Shown: one piece after another, positions 8,662 to 18,954 of the stretch
Layout of the letters: each line of letters opens with the position of its first letter
Position numbering within the stretch: the first letter of the stretch is position 1
NCBI GenBank assembly: GCA_965224485.1
Contig: CBDCZH010000010.1
Coordinates: forward strand, 64,001 to 128,000
Origin: Arcobacteraceae bacterium
GTDB lineage: Bacteria; Campylobacterota; Campylobacteria; Campylobacterales; Arcobacteraceae
DNA: 64,000 nt
Reading direction: 5' to 3'
Notes under the pieces: generated by a model
What the model saw: only the letters and a program-made list of their open reading frames with translations
Database searches by the model: none
What the model was told of the DNA's origin: nothing
Made by a program: the position numbers and the translations under genes

Positions 8662-9621
8662 ATGAATATTATTAAAAAACCATCATTTTATATTAGTGAA
8701 AATGAAGTAACTCCGCAAGACTTATTTGATAAAAGAAGAAACTTCCTAAAACTTGGGGCTGCTACTTTACTTGCAAATTCAGCCTTAGTTGAGTTAATGG
8801 CAAAAGAAGAAATTCCTAAATCAAATCTAAATTATATAAAATCAAAAAATGAAGATAATTTGACATTAAATACTTTTGATCAAATAACTTCTTATAATAA
8901 TTTTTATGAATTTACAACTTCAAAAGAAGGAGTTAAAAAATTAGCAAAAGCTATGAATCCTAATCCTTGGGAAATACAAATTGATGGTTTAGTAAAAAAG
9001 CCAATAACTTTAGATATATCTGTTTTAATGAAAAAATATGAACTACAAGAAAGAATTTATAGATTTAGATGTGTTGAGGGCTGGTCTATGGTTGTACCTT
9101 GGATTGGTTTTACTTTAAGTGAACTTATTAAAGAAGTTCAACCTCTAAGTTCTGCTAAATACGTAAGATTTGAAACAAGATTAGATAAAACAATGTTTCC
9201 TGATCAAAGTAGAGGTATTTTTGCTAATATTCCTTATCCATATGTAGAAGGTTTACGAATGGATGAAGCTATGAATGATTTAACGCTAATGTCTGTTGGT
9301 TTATATGGTAAGACCTTAGAAAATCAAAATGGTGCTCCTTTACGTCTAGTGGTTCCGTGGAAATATGGTTTTAAATCTATTAAAAGCATATCTAAAATAT
9401 CTTTTGTAGAAAAAGAGCCTTTAAATACTTGGCAGCAAATAGCCTCAAGAGAATATGGATTTTACGCAAATGTTAATCCTAAAGTCGATCATCCAAGGTG
9501 GTCTCAAAAACGTGAGCGAGTATTAGGAAAATTTCTAAAACAAAGAACAAAAATATTTAATGGTTATAAAGATGAAGTAGGTTCATTATATTCTAACTTG
9601 GATTTAAAAAAGTACTTCTAA
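8662..9621 (+). CDS. msrP: Periplasmic methionine sulfoxide reductase, Mo catalytic subunit
   Basis: Tat RRNFLK, YNNFYEF, RFRCVEGWS, GAPLRLVVPWKYGFKSIKSI, HPRWSQ. Confidence 0.97.
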   Translation: MNIIKKPSFYISENEVTPQDLFDKRRNFLKLGAATLLANSALVELMAKEEIPKSNLNYIKSKNEDNLTLNTFDQITSYNNFYEFTTSKEGVKKLAKAMNPNPWEIQIDGLVKKPITLDISVLMKKYELQERIYRFRCVEGWSMVVPWIGFTLSELIKEVQPLSSAKYVRFETRLDKTMFPDQSRGIFANIPYPYVEGLRMDEAMNDLTLMSVGLYGKTLENQNGAPLRLVVPWKYGFKSIKSISKISFVEKEPLNTWQQIASREYGFYANVNPKVDHPRWSQKRERVLGKFLKQRTKIFNGYKDEVGSLYSNLDLKKYF

Positions 9622-10160
9622 TGAGAATTTTTATTTTTCTTATTCTTTTATTACCAGCTTTTTATCTAAGTTTTGAACTTTTTATTTTACAAGATGTGAA
9701 TGATCCAATTAAGTATATTTATACAGTAACTGGGTCTGCTGCTATTGTTATACTTTTTGCAACAATATCTTTATCTTTGTTTTTTAAAAAGCTTGTAAGA
9801 TATAGAAGATTGATTGGTTTATTTGCTTTTTTTTACTCTTTCTTACATATGTTAAATTTTTTAATTTTAGATATGGAAATTGATTTTGAATTTGCTTATG
9901 AAGAAACAATTGATAAACCTTTTATTTACTTAGGAATGATTAGTTTTTTTATATTAATTTTAATGAGTATAACATCTACAAAAAAACTATTTAGAAAATA
10001 TAATAAATATCATAAAATAATCTACTTAGTACTAATTTTAACAACAATACATTTTGTTATGGCTCAAAAATCTTTAGCAATATATCAATTCATTTTTCTT
10101 CTCTTCGCAATTACAATATTTTTATTTAAAATAAAACAAAGAGTAATAAAGTACTTTTAG
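9621..10160 (+). CDS. msrQ: MsrQ heme-binding membrane subunit
   Basis: YRRLIGL...LH, SITS, HKIIY...IH; translationally coupled to msrP. Confidence 0.9.
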   Translation: MRIFIFLILLLPAFYLSFELFILQDVNDPIKYIYTVTGSAAIVILFATISLSLFFKKLVRYRRLIGLFAFFYSFLHMLNFLILDMEIDFEFAYEETIDKPFIYLGMISFFILILMSITSTKKLFRKYNKYHKIIYLVLILTTIHFVMAQKSLAIYQFIFLLFAITIFLFKIKQRVIKYF

Positions 10161-10317
10161 TTTTATTATAATAAAAATAACTTTTCTTATAAACATGAAT
10201 TTATTCTAGAATAGCTCTTCTTTGTCCTATTTAACAAGCCTTAATTGAAAAATATACGTAATCAAATGGTAACTATTTTTATATATTATTTTAAATAATA
10301 ATTCTTAAGGTTTTAAA

Positions 10318-13242
10318 ATGAATAATATTTTAGATAGTTTAATCTTTAAGCATAAGATCTTTTTACTATTAGTTCTTCCTATGCTAAGTATAATTTTTTT
10401 AAGTTCAATGTTTATATATTCAAAATATGAGCAAAGAAAATCGGTTATAACTACAAGTGAATATATAAAGTTTAATTATTATGTAAATGATTTGATTTTA
10501 CATTTACAAAAAGAGAGAGAACTTACTTATCTACAAGAATATAAAGAAATAGAAATAATAAAAAATAACTTAAAAAAACAAAGAGTATATACTGATGAAA
10601 GTTTTAAAAAGTTCAAAAAAAATCTGCTAAGTCTTAATATCTCAAGTATAAAAAATAATAATATTATATTTTTAATAAATACTCTAGTAAAAAATAGAAC
10701 TAAAATAGACAATAAAACTTCTACCTTAGTAAAAATAAAACAAAACTATTCTTTAAGCATAAAAGAACTATTTACTTTTATTGATAATACTTTAAGAGTT
10801 GCTAGAAATGAAGAACTAATATCTTTAGCCCAAGAGTATATTTTCCTAAGTCAAGCAAAAGAATATTTCTCACAAGAAAAATTTTTAGTTGAATATATCT
10901 TTAATAATGGAAGACTAAGTAATAATGATTTTATTACATTTATTTCTTTAGTTTCATCTGAAAATATATATTTATTTAATATAAAAAAATATGCTTCAAA
11001 AGAAGATATAAAAATATTATCAAAACTAGAAAATAAAAATATTTTAAGACTTATAAGTGTTATTAAAAATAAAAATAAAAAGAATAAATTACTTGCTAAT
11101 ATAAAAGAGTTAGCTGGATATGGAGGTTTGATTCATAATTTTAAAAACTATATTTTAAGAGGTGATGAAAAATATTCATCAGCTTTTCAACAAAAACACT
11201 CTAATTTAATAAAAAACATCAATAAATATAGAAGGCTCAAACCACTTTCAAAAGATGAAAAAAATGAGCTTGAAAATATTAAGAATATTTTTGATGAATA
11301 CTTAGATTATTCCTTAGAAGTGCAAGATGCTTTAGCTCTTGATAAAAGTATTGAAGAGCTTGATATCTTAGTTCAAATTGATGATTCTATTGCAATTAAT
11401 TCAATTAAAAACTTAACAAAGAATATTTATGGAAATGATGTAGAATTATGGAACAAAGAAGCAAATAAGAGCATTAGTATTTATAATAATTTATTGCAAA
11501 ATGTATTAGAAAAAATGTCCAAAAAAAGTATAATGTTAAAAAACGATATAAATAATAAACTTCTAATTCTAAGTATTTTAATTGTTTTATTATTCTTATG
11601 TATTTTATTGTTAAGTAAGGTAATTATTAAACGAATTGAGAAAAAACTATATAACTTTCAAGAAGGTTTAACTAGATTCTTTTCATTTAGTTTAGGCAAG
11701 AGAGATACTTTAAAATTAATGAAAGTAAAAGGAAAAGATGAATTTGCTTTAATGACTAAAGATATTAATAAACAAATAATACAAAGTCAAGAAATAACAA
11801 AAAAAGATAAAATCGTAATTGATGAAATAAATGATGTAATGGCAAAAGTTTCAAATGGTTTTTTCTCTTATGAAATATATAATGATGCTGGGAGTAAAGA
11901 AGTTGAAGCCTTAAAAGATGTTATTAATAAAATGATTAGGTATACAAAAAGTAAAATTGATATTATAAATAAAGTTTTAACTTCTTACTCTTTTAAAAAA
12001 TATGATTATCTTTTAGAAGAAAACGATAAAAGAGGAATGAATGGAGATTTTGGAATTTTATTAAATTCTTTGATTTTATTAGGAGATTCCTCTTCTGTTT
12101 TGGTTGCTTTAATTACAAATGCTTCTAAAAAGCTAGATAAAAATGCCAAAACATTAACTAGGTCATCAAGTACTTTATCAAGCTCTTCAACGTTGCAAGC
12201 TGCCTCTTTAGAAGAAACAGCTGCAAGTATTGAAGAGATTACTTCAAATATGCAAAGTAGTTTATTAAAAGTTAATGATATGTCTATTTTAGCAAACTCT
12301 TTAACTTCTTCTTCACAACAAGGAAATATTTTAGCAAATAAAACTGCCTTATGCATGGAAGAGATAAATCAAAAAGTAATATCAATTAATGCAGCTATTA
12401 GTGTAATTGATAAAATAGCTTTTCAAACAAATATTCTTTCTTTAAATGCTGCTGTTGAAGCTGCAACTGCTGGAGAAGCTGGAAGAGGTTTTGCCGTTGT
12501 TGCAGGAGAGGTTAGAAATTTAGCCTCAAGATCAGCTCATGCAGCAAAAGAAATAAAAACCCTTGTTCATGATGCAGCACTTAAATCACATGAGGGTAAA
12601 AATACAGCAAATGAGATGATTAGTGGTTACCTTAAGTTAATATCTAAAGTAGATGAAACAAAAATAATTATAGATGAAGTCACCCTTATTAGCAATGAGC
12701 AAAAAGAAGGAATGGTTCAAATTAATGATGCTATAAATTCTTTAGATAAAACTACGCAAAAAAATGCAAATATCTCTTTAGAAATAGATACCTTATCAAA
12801 AGAAATAGATAGTTTATCTCTTAGTTTACACTCAATTACTTCTATAATAACAATAGATGAAAAATATTTAAAAAGAGTAGGAGATTTATCATTATTAAGT
12901 AAAATTTCTAAGTATAAAAATGATCATATTAACTTTAAAAAAGAGAGTTTTAAGGACTTGAATTTATTTAAAAGTTCAAAAGCAAGTGATGCTAAATCTT
13001 GTGATTTAGGAGCTTGGATATCTTCTTGTGAAAAGCAGAATAAAACTTTTGTAAAAAGTCAAGCATGGGAAGAATTATTAATAAAACATCATGATGTTCA
13101 TGAGGCTGTTTATTTATACTTAGAAGCAAATCACAAAAAAGATGATAATAAAAAACTTGCAAATTTAGCTTCTAAAATAGAAGTTTTAACAATAAATATT
13201 TTTGATTTATTAAATGATATTTTAGAACTTAATGTTTCATAA
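10318..13242 (+). CDS. Methyl-accepting chemotaxis protein with NIT-like sensor and C-terminal CZB domain
   Basis: Two TMs; HLQKER (NIT-like); [17 protein letters not shown] signalling hairpin; DHINFK...SCDLGAW...HHDVH (CZB). Confidence 0.88.
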   Translation: MNNILDSLIFKHKIFLLLVLPMLSIIFLSSMFIYSKYEQRKSVITTSEYIKFNYYVNDLILHLQKERELTYLQEYKEIEIIKNNLKKQRVYTDESFKKFKKNLLSLNISSIKNNNIIFLINTLVKNRTKIDNKTSTLVKIKQNYSLSIKELFTFIDNTLRVARNEELISLAQEYIFLSQAKEYFSQEKFLVEYIFNNGRLSNNDFITFISLVSSENIYLFNIKKYASKEDIKILSKLENKNILRLISVIKNKNKKNKLLANIKELAGYGGLIHNFKNYILRGDEKYSSAFQQKHSNLIKNINKYRRLKPLSKDEKNELENIKNIFDEYLDYSLEVQDALALDKSIEELDILVQIDDSIAINSIKNLTKNIYGNDVELWNKEANKSISIYNNLLQNVLEKMSKKSIMLKNDINNKLLILSILIVLLFLCILLLSKVIIKRIEKKLYNFQEGLTRFFSFSLGKRDTLKLMKVKGKDEFALMTKDINKQIIQSQEITKKDKIVIDEINDVMAKVSNGFFSYEIYNDAGSKEVEALKDVINKMIRYTKSKIDIINKVLTSYSFKKYDYLLEENDKRGMNGDFGILLNSLILLGDSSSVLVALITNASKKLDKNAKTLTRSSSTLSSSSTLQAASLEETAASIEEITSNMQSSLLKVNDMSILANSLTSSSQQGNILANKTALCMEEINQKVISINAAISVIDKIAFQTNILSLNAAVEAATAGEAGRGFAVVAGEVRNLASRSAHAAKEIKTLVHDAALKSHEGKNTANEMISGYLKLISKVDETKIIIDEVTLISNEQKEGMVQINDAINSLDKTTQKNANISLEIDTLSKEIDSLSLSLHSITSIITIDEKYLKRVGDLSLLSKISKYKNDHINFKKESFKDLNLFKSSKASDAKSCDLGAWISSCEKQNKTFVKSQAWEELLIKHHDVHEAVYLYLEANHKKDDNKKLANLASKIEVLTINIFDLLNDILELNVS

Positions 13243-13245
13243 ATT

Positions 13246-14895
13246 TTAAATATTTTTAAAATTATTCTTTATAAAATCAGCAACTCTAAATGAGTTTGCG
13301 TAAATTGTAAAGGTATAAGGAACTGATCCTCCCGTTGGCATAAAAGAACCATCTGTTACGAATAAATTTTGCACTTCATGACTTTGGCAATTTTTATTCA
13401 ATACAGAAGTTTTAGGATTATTTCCAAATCTACAACCTCCTGCTTGCAAGTTTTGTGAAGGAAGAGGAGAAATATCAACACTTATATTTTTAGCTTTCAT
13501 CTCAACTAAGAGTTTTATTGCTTTTTTTGCTAAAAAATGACCAACTTTCATATTTTGTGGATGTGAACCTATTCTAATATTTGCAACAGGAATTCCATAA
13601 ACATCTTTATATTTCTCATCAACAGAAATAAAACAGTCATCATTCGCTAACCAATCTGTAAAAATTTCAAACTTTAGGTTTTTATTATTGCTAAACTCAT
13701 TATGAATTTTATCTTGTAAGTCTTTTCCAAGTAGAAGTCCTTTTTCTCCCCATTTTAAAGCATTTGCCCTTCTTATTGGATTTGCATGTTCAAATAAAAA
13801 TTCAATCATACCGCCTTTAAAATCTTTAGTAAAATACCAATCTTTTAAGGCTCGATTTACAAATAACCCAGGTGTCATTAATTTTTCTATATCCATATGT
13901 GAGGCATCAAAAGTTCCACTTCCAACTCCTCCTCCTGTTGATAAAAAGTTTTTCCCAACATTTAAGCTATTATTCGAAAGTCCATTAGGAAAGTTCTTAC
14001 TTTTAGAGTTCAGTAATAATCTTGAACTCTCAATAGCTTGGGCTGCTAAAATAAATATTTTAGCTTTTATCTCTTTTTTAACTTTTGATTTTGTATTTAT
14101 ATATAAAGCAGCTTCTATCTTATTATTTTTATCATGTTTTAGTTTATATACAAAAGAGTTTGAGAAAATTTTTAAATTATTTTTTTCTATTATTTCTTGT
14201 AATAAGGCTGCTCTTGCTGAACTTTTTGCCCCTGATGAACAAGCATGGGAACCACAATAATTTGAATAATAACAGGGATTTCTTTTATTTTTTTCTTCAC
14301 TTATTATAGCTCTTGGTGTTTTAACAATAGAATAGTTTAATTTTTTACAAGCAAGGTCATAATATTTTACAATTGGGTGTTCTTTTAATGCTTTATAAGG
14401 AAAATTTTTACTCGAGCGTTTTTCTGCGTGCTCATATGAAGAGACTTCACCTGAAACTCCAATAATTTTTTCAACCTTGTCATAATATACTTCTAAATCA
14501 TCATAAGAAATAGGCCAATCTTCTACATTAGCCCCTTTAATTTCTCCATAAGTTGATTTTAACTTAAAATCATTTTCTTTAAGTCTATAAAAGAAACCAG
14601 ACATAAAATTTGAAGAACCACCTAAAATACTCCCATTCCAAAAATTCCAACCAGATTCATATGTTGGAAACTTGTGCCATTTTTCATCTATTAATTCTTC
14701 AATAACATGATACTGTTCACTTAATTTTGGAGTATAGATATCTTTTCTTACATTTAATTCATCTTTAGAAAAATCTTTTTCGCTGTAAATCCCACCTTTT
14801 TCTAAAATAGCAACATTAAAACCTGCATTTACTAAGGTATATGCAGCAGGAGAAGCTCCTGCACCACTTCCTATTATACAAATATCATAAGTCAT
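13246..14895 (-). CDS. GMC family FAD oxidoreductase (gluconate 2-dehydrogenase flavoprotein-like)
   Basis: IIGSGAGA, GGSS, WPISYDDL, CYYSNYCGSHAC, GGCRFG, DGSFMPT. Confidence 0.88.
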   Translation of the reverse strand: MTYDICIIGSGAGASPAAYTLVNAGFNVAILEKGGIYSEKDFSKDELNVRKDIYTPKLSEQYHVIEELIDEKWHKFPTYESGWNFWNGSILGGSSNFMSGFFYRLKENDFKLKSTYGEIKGANVEDWPISYDDLEVYYDKVEKIIGVSGEVSSYEHAEKRSSKNFPYKALKEHPIVKYYDLACKKLNYSIVKTPRAIISEEKNKRNPCYYSNYCGSHACSSGAKSSARAALLQEIIEKNNLKIFSNSFVYKLKHDKNNKIEAALYINTKSKVKKEIKAKIFILAAQAIESSRLLLNSKSKNFPNGLSNNSLNVGKNFLSTGGGVGSGTFDASHMDIEKLMTPGLFVNRALKDWYFTKDFKGGMIEFLFEHANPIRRANALKWGEKGLLLGKDLQDKIHNEFSNNKNLKFEIFTDWLANDDCFISVDEKYKDVYGIPVANIRIGSHPQNMKVGHFLAKKAIKLLVEMKAKNISVDISPLPSQNLQAGGCRFGNNPKTSVLNKNCQSHEVQNLFVTDGSFMPTGGSVPYTFTIYANSFRVADFIKNNFKNI

Positions 14896-15383
14896 ACTTT
14901 CTCTCCATATCGTTTCTTAGGTCTTGGGTAGCCAATTTTGTGATTAATACTGCTCCATCCTATTTTTTTCTTATTTCCCTTATATATAGGATCGCTTAAC
15001 ATAGCTTCAATTGCATAATAAACAATTTTACTTAACCACTCTTGTGCATAAGAATTATTATTTTGAATATTTTGCAAAAAATCTAGTTTTTTATTTTTTT
15101 TAAGTTTAAAATATTGGGGAAAAGAGTTTTTAAAATCTACTGCTCCTTGAAGCAATAAGTTTTTATCTTCACTTAAAAATGTTTCATGATTTATATTTGA
15201 TATTAAATATTGCATTGCATTAAACTCTTTAGCACTTGGCATAGTAGAGGTTTTTACAAAAATAGTATTAAACATATCATCTAATACAATATATCTCTCA
15301 TCTACAAAAAGTTTTTCTTTTTGTGAGGCAGATACAAATAATGGGGATAAACAGGATAATAAAATAAAATTTCTTCTTTTCAT
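14892..15383 (-). CDS. Gluconate 2-dehydrogenase subunit 3 family (Tat hitch-hiker subunit)
   Basis: Tat RRNF; PSAKE; DPIYKGNKKKIGW. Confidence 0.8.
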   Translation of the reverse strand: MKRRNFILLSCLSPLFVSASQKEKLFVDERYIVLDDMFNTIFVKTSTMPSAKEFNAMQYLISNINHETFLSEDKNLLLQGAVDFKNSFPQYFKLKKNKKLDFLQNIQNNNSYAQEWLSKIVYYAIEAMLSDPIYKGNKKKIGWSSINHKIGYPRPKKRYGEKV

Positions 15384-15435
15384 ACTTTCAGTTTAGCTAA
15401 AAACTATTTATTAAGTGTGTAGAAGTATTTATGTT

Positions 15436-16671
15436 TTAGTTAATTTTTAAATATGCTAAATCTTTCTCATTTGAAGCAATAACATCTTCTAAGTTTTCTA
15501 TTTTTTTTCTATAGTCTTCAATATAACCTTGCAGGGTTTCAATATTATGTTGAGCATTTATAAGTTTTTCATAAACAAATTTTGTTTTTTTATCAACTTC
15601 AGTTTTTTCTACACTAGCTAGTCTATTAACTTCAGCTAATTTTCTAATAGTAACCTTCGATTGTATAAAATAATCTTGTTCTTTATTTTTTAAATTTCTT
15701 AGAACTGATTCAAGGTGCGAATATTTTACTGATTTTTCTCTTTTTTCTTTTTGTGTTTTTTTAAGCTCAAATTCTAATTCTTGTATAAGTATAGTAAGCT
15801 CAGCAATTTTTATTTTCTCATCTTGTGAAATAATAGATAGTTTTTCTTGAATTTTAATATCTATTTCTTGAGCTGTGTGTAGACTCTTACTTTTTTGTAA
15901 AATAATATATTTTTTTAACTTAGAAATCTTTTCAATATCTTCTGTTACTAAAAACTCAATAGATAAATACTCTCTAATTTGTTTTTTTGAATTAAAGATA
16001 GGAAAAATACTAGCATTTACATAATACTCTTCTTGGTTTTTATTATATTTTTTTAAAATACCACTCCAGTTTTTACCTTTTTCTAAGTGAGCATAAATAT
16101 CTTGATAAAACTTATCACTAGGGTCTTTTTTTGTTAAAAGAGATTCGTTTTTTCCTAAAAGTTCTTCTTTTTTATAGGCAGATGTTTTTATAAACATATC
16201 GTTTACATAAATATACTTGTGAGTTAAATCTAATCTTGTAACAATAGCTACTAAATCTAAATAAGCTGAGAGTATTCTTTTCTCAACATGTTCTATACAT
16301 GAAAAAAATTCTTTAATTAAAAGTTTCTCGTCTGCCTCTTTTTTAAAACAATAAGCTGTTTTTAGATTTACTAATTCAAAAGCACATATGTCGGAATAAT
16401 CACTTGAAATCAAAACTATAGGAATTCTTTGGTTTTTTTGCCTTATTTCTTTAAGTAAACTTAAACTATTTTTATTTAAATCAAATAAAATCAAATCAAT
16501 TGGAGTTGATTTCTCAATGTTATTAAAATATTCTTCAATTATACTAGTATACGTTTTCGTATAAATAACATTTGAAAAAAGTGCATCAAAAGATTTTTTA
16601 TATTTAGTAATAGATTCTATATCTTCACTTATATATATTAAACTCTTTGATTTAAAACTCAATAAATTCAT
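15436..16671 (-). CDS. Receiver-like + PAS + coiled-coil signalling protein
   Basis: DLILFD/IPIVLIS (REC-like); YVNDMF...YKKEELLGK, WSG...NKNQEEYYV (PAS/PAC); heptad-rich C-terminus. Confidence 0.7.
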   Translation of the reverse strand: MNLLSFKSKSLIYISEDIESITKYKKSFDALFSNVIYTKTYTSIIEEYFNNIEKSTPIDLILFDLNKNSLSLLKEIRQKNQRIPIVLISSDYSDICAFELVNLKTAYCFKKEADEKLLIKEFFSCIEHVEKRILSAYLDLVAIVTRLDLTHKYIYVNDMFIKTSAYKKEELLGKNESLLTKKDPSDKFYQDIYAHLEKGKNWSGILKKYNKNQEEYYVNASIFPIFNSKKQIREYLSIEFLVTEDIEKISKLKKYIILQKSKSLHTAQEIDIKIQEKLSIISQDEKIKIAELTILIQELEFELKKTQKEKREKSVKYSHLESVLRNLKNKEQDYFIQSKVTIRKLAEVNRLASVEKTEVDKKTKFVYEKLINAQHNIETLQGYIEDYRKKIENLEDVIASNEKDLAYLKIN

Positions 16672-16798
16672 CTAAGGCCTTTAAAAAATAACAATATAAT
16701 CTTCATATTATATCATAAAATTTATGTTGAAAGATTTAAACATTAGATACATTATGCTATCATTGCTAAATGACAAAACCTACAAATGAATCTAATTA

Positions 16799-18847
16799 AT
16801 GCCTTTAAAAAATCTAAATGACGAGCAGTTAAGTGCTGCTACTTGTACTCAAGGACACAACCTAATCATTGCTAGTGCAGGGACTGGAAAAACATCAACA
16901 ATAGTTGGCCGAATAGGGCATTTAATAAATAACAAGGTAAAACCAGAAGAAATATTACTTTTAACTTTTACTAATAAAGCTGCTTCTGAAATGGTTGAGC
17001 GCGTTGCTAAATATTTTGGAAAAGAAGTTGCTAAATCAATTATGGCAGGAACTTTTCACTCAGTTTCTTATAAACTCTTAAAAAAATTAAATATTGAAAT
17101 TATGTTAAAACAGCCTAATGAATTAAAAACACTATTTAAATCTTTGTACGAGAAAAGAGTTTTTTATCACCGAGATGATGAAACAAATCCTTATGATGGT
17201 GGATATTTATATGATATGTATTCACTTTTTTTAAACTCAACATATAATGAAAGTTTTGATGAATGGATAATTAATAGAAATGAAGGACATGAGTTATATA
17301 CTCCTATATATGAGGATGTAATAAAAGAGTTCAATGAATTAAAGAAAAAATATGGATATGCAAATTTTGATGATTTATTAACAATTATGCTAGAAGCCCA
17401 AGAAAGTAATGATTTTGATTTTAAAGAAATTTTAGTAGATGAGTATCAAGATACTAATCCTTTACAAGGAAGACTTTTAGAAGGTTTTAAACCAAAATCT
17501 TTATTTTGTGTGGGTGATTATGACCAAAGTATTTATGCTTTTAATGGCTCAGATATTGGTATTATTTCTACTTTTGATAAAAGATATGATGATGCGAAGG
17601 TATTTACTTTAAGAAAGAATTACCGTTCAACTAAACCTATTTTGGATTTAGCAACAAAAGTAATTGAACATAATGAAAGAATTTATGCAAAAAACTTAGA
17701 AGTTGTGCGAACCCAAGCAATAGCAAATCCAAAATTATTGTTTTTTAATGAACTTTTTGATCAGTATGAGTATATTTCAAAACTAATATCACAAAGTACA
17801 ACTCCTCATAACGAAATAGCGATTATATTTAGAAACAATGCAAGTGCTGATGGAATTGAAGTAAACTTAAGAGAGTATAAAATACCTGCTAAAAGAAAAG
17901 GTGGGCATAGTTTTTTTGACTCTTTAGAGATAAAATTTATGTTAGATATTATGATTTTACTGTTAAATCATAATGATATGATGGCAGTTATTCATATTTT
18001 AGAGTATGGAAAAGGAATTGGAAAAGCAATTGCAAAAGATATTTTTGATGCTTTAATTAAATTAGGAGACAATGATCTTTTTAATGGTTTGTTTTCTCCT
18101 GATAGTAGTATAAATAATCCTTATTTATCTGCTAAGGTTAAAAATGTACAATTAGGTTTATTTGATGATTTCCTAGAATTAGGTTCGGTTTCAAAATTTA
18201 AAGATTCTGGTTTTGATGAAAAGTTTTTAGGTAATCCTTTATTAAAACATCCTAAGTTATCACGTGAGGGTGGAGAGTTTATTTATGAGTTTTATAAGGT
18301 TTTAAAAGATTTAAGACGGGTTAAAAATCCTAACTCAATAATTGAACATATTGCTAAATCACAGTTGTTTTTAAATTTAAAAGAGACCTTATCAACAAAA
18401 AGAGGTACGCAAAAAGATGGTAGTTTAAATACAGTATTGAAACTATCTTCAAAGTTAAAAATTGAGCAAAAAGTTATTACTTTAAAAACTCTAGCAACAC
18501 ATTATAAAGAGACTCAAAAATTCATTAATGCTATGATTTTAGGTGGAAGTGAAATGAGTGAGGGTGATGGTGTTCATTTATTAACTGTACATGCTTCAAA
18601 AGGTTTAGAGTTTAAAGAAGTATATGTAATTGATTTAATGGATGGAAGATTTCCTAATAGAAAACTTATTGCAAAAGGTGGCTCTATTGAAGAAGAGAGA
18701 CGACTTTTTTATGTAGCTGTTACAAGAGCTAAAGATATTTTATATCTCTCTTATGCTAAATATGACCGAATTAAAAAATTAGATTTTATTCATTCCCAGT
18801 TTTTAAAAGAAGCAGGTTTGATTAAAGATAGCACTTCTAAAGCTTAA
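16799..18847 (+). CDS. UvrD/Rep-like SF1 ATP-dependent helicase
   Basis: ASAGTGKT, TFTNKAA, DEYQD, GDYDQSIY, NYRS, TVHASKGLEF, EERRLFYVA. Confidence 0.93.
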   Translation: MPLKNLNDEQLSAATCTQGHNLIIASAGTGKTSTIVGRIGHLINNKVKPEEILLLTFTNKAASEMVERVAKYFGKEVAKSIMAGTFHSVSYKLLKKLNIEIMLKQPNELKTLFKSLYEKRVFYHRDDETNPYDGGYLYDMYSLFLNSTYNESFDEWIINRNEGHELYTPIYEDVIKEFNELKKKYGYANFDDLLTIMLEAQESNDFDFKEILVDEYQDTNPLQGRLLEGFKPKSLFCVGDYDQSIYAFNGSDIGIISTFDKRYDDAKVFTLRKNYRSTKPILDLATKVIEHNERIYAKNLEVVRTQAIANPKLLFFNELFDQYEYISKLISQSTTPHNEIAIIFRNNASADGIEVNLREYKIPAKRKGGHSFFDSLEIKFMLDIMILLLNHNDMMAVIHILEYGKGIGKAIAKDIFDALIKLGDNDLFNGLFSPDSSINNPYLSAKVKNVQLGLFDDFLELGSVSKFKDSGFDEKFLGNPLLKHPKLSREGGEFIYEFYKVLKDLRRVKNPNSIIEHIAKSQLFLNLKETLSTKRGTQKDGSLNTVLKLSSKLKIEQKVITLKTLATHYKETQKFINAMILGGSEMSEGDGVHLLTVHASKGLEFKEVYVIDLMDGRFPNRKLIAKGGSIEEERRLFYVAVTRAKDILYLSYAKYDRIKKLDFIHSQFLKEAGLIKDSTSKA

Positions 18848-18954
18848 AGAAGGAAGATAAATAATATTTATCAAAGCTGCTATCTTCCTTGCAATAAAAT
18901 CATAATCTCTTTTTAGCTATAATCGCGAATAATAATGATTACATAGGATAATTA

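Noticed and set aside
16799..18847. Helicase as part of an anti-phage system (e.g. Gabija GajB)
   Set aside because: No partner nuclease is adjacent; it is a full-length SF1 helicase in housekeeping context next to valS
18848..18954. T-box or attenuator upstream of valS
   Set aside because: The region is too short and has no T-box consensus, and the -10 lies downstream of the hairpin
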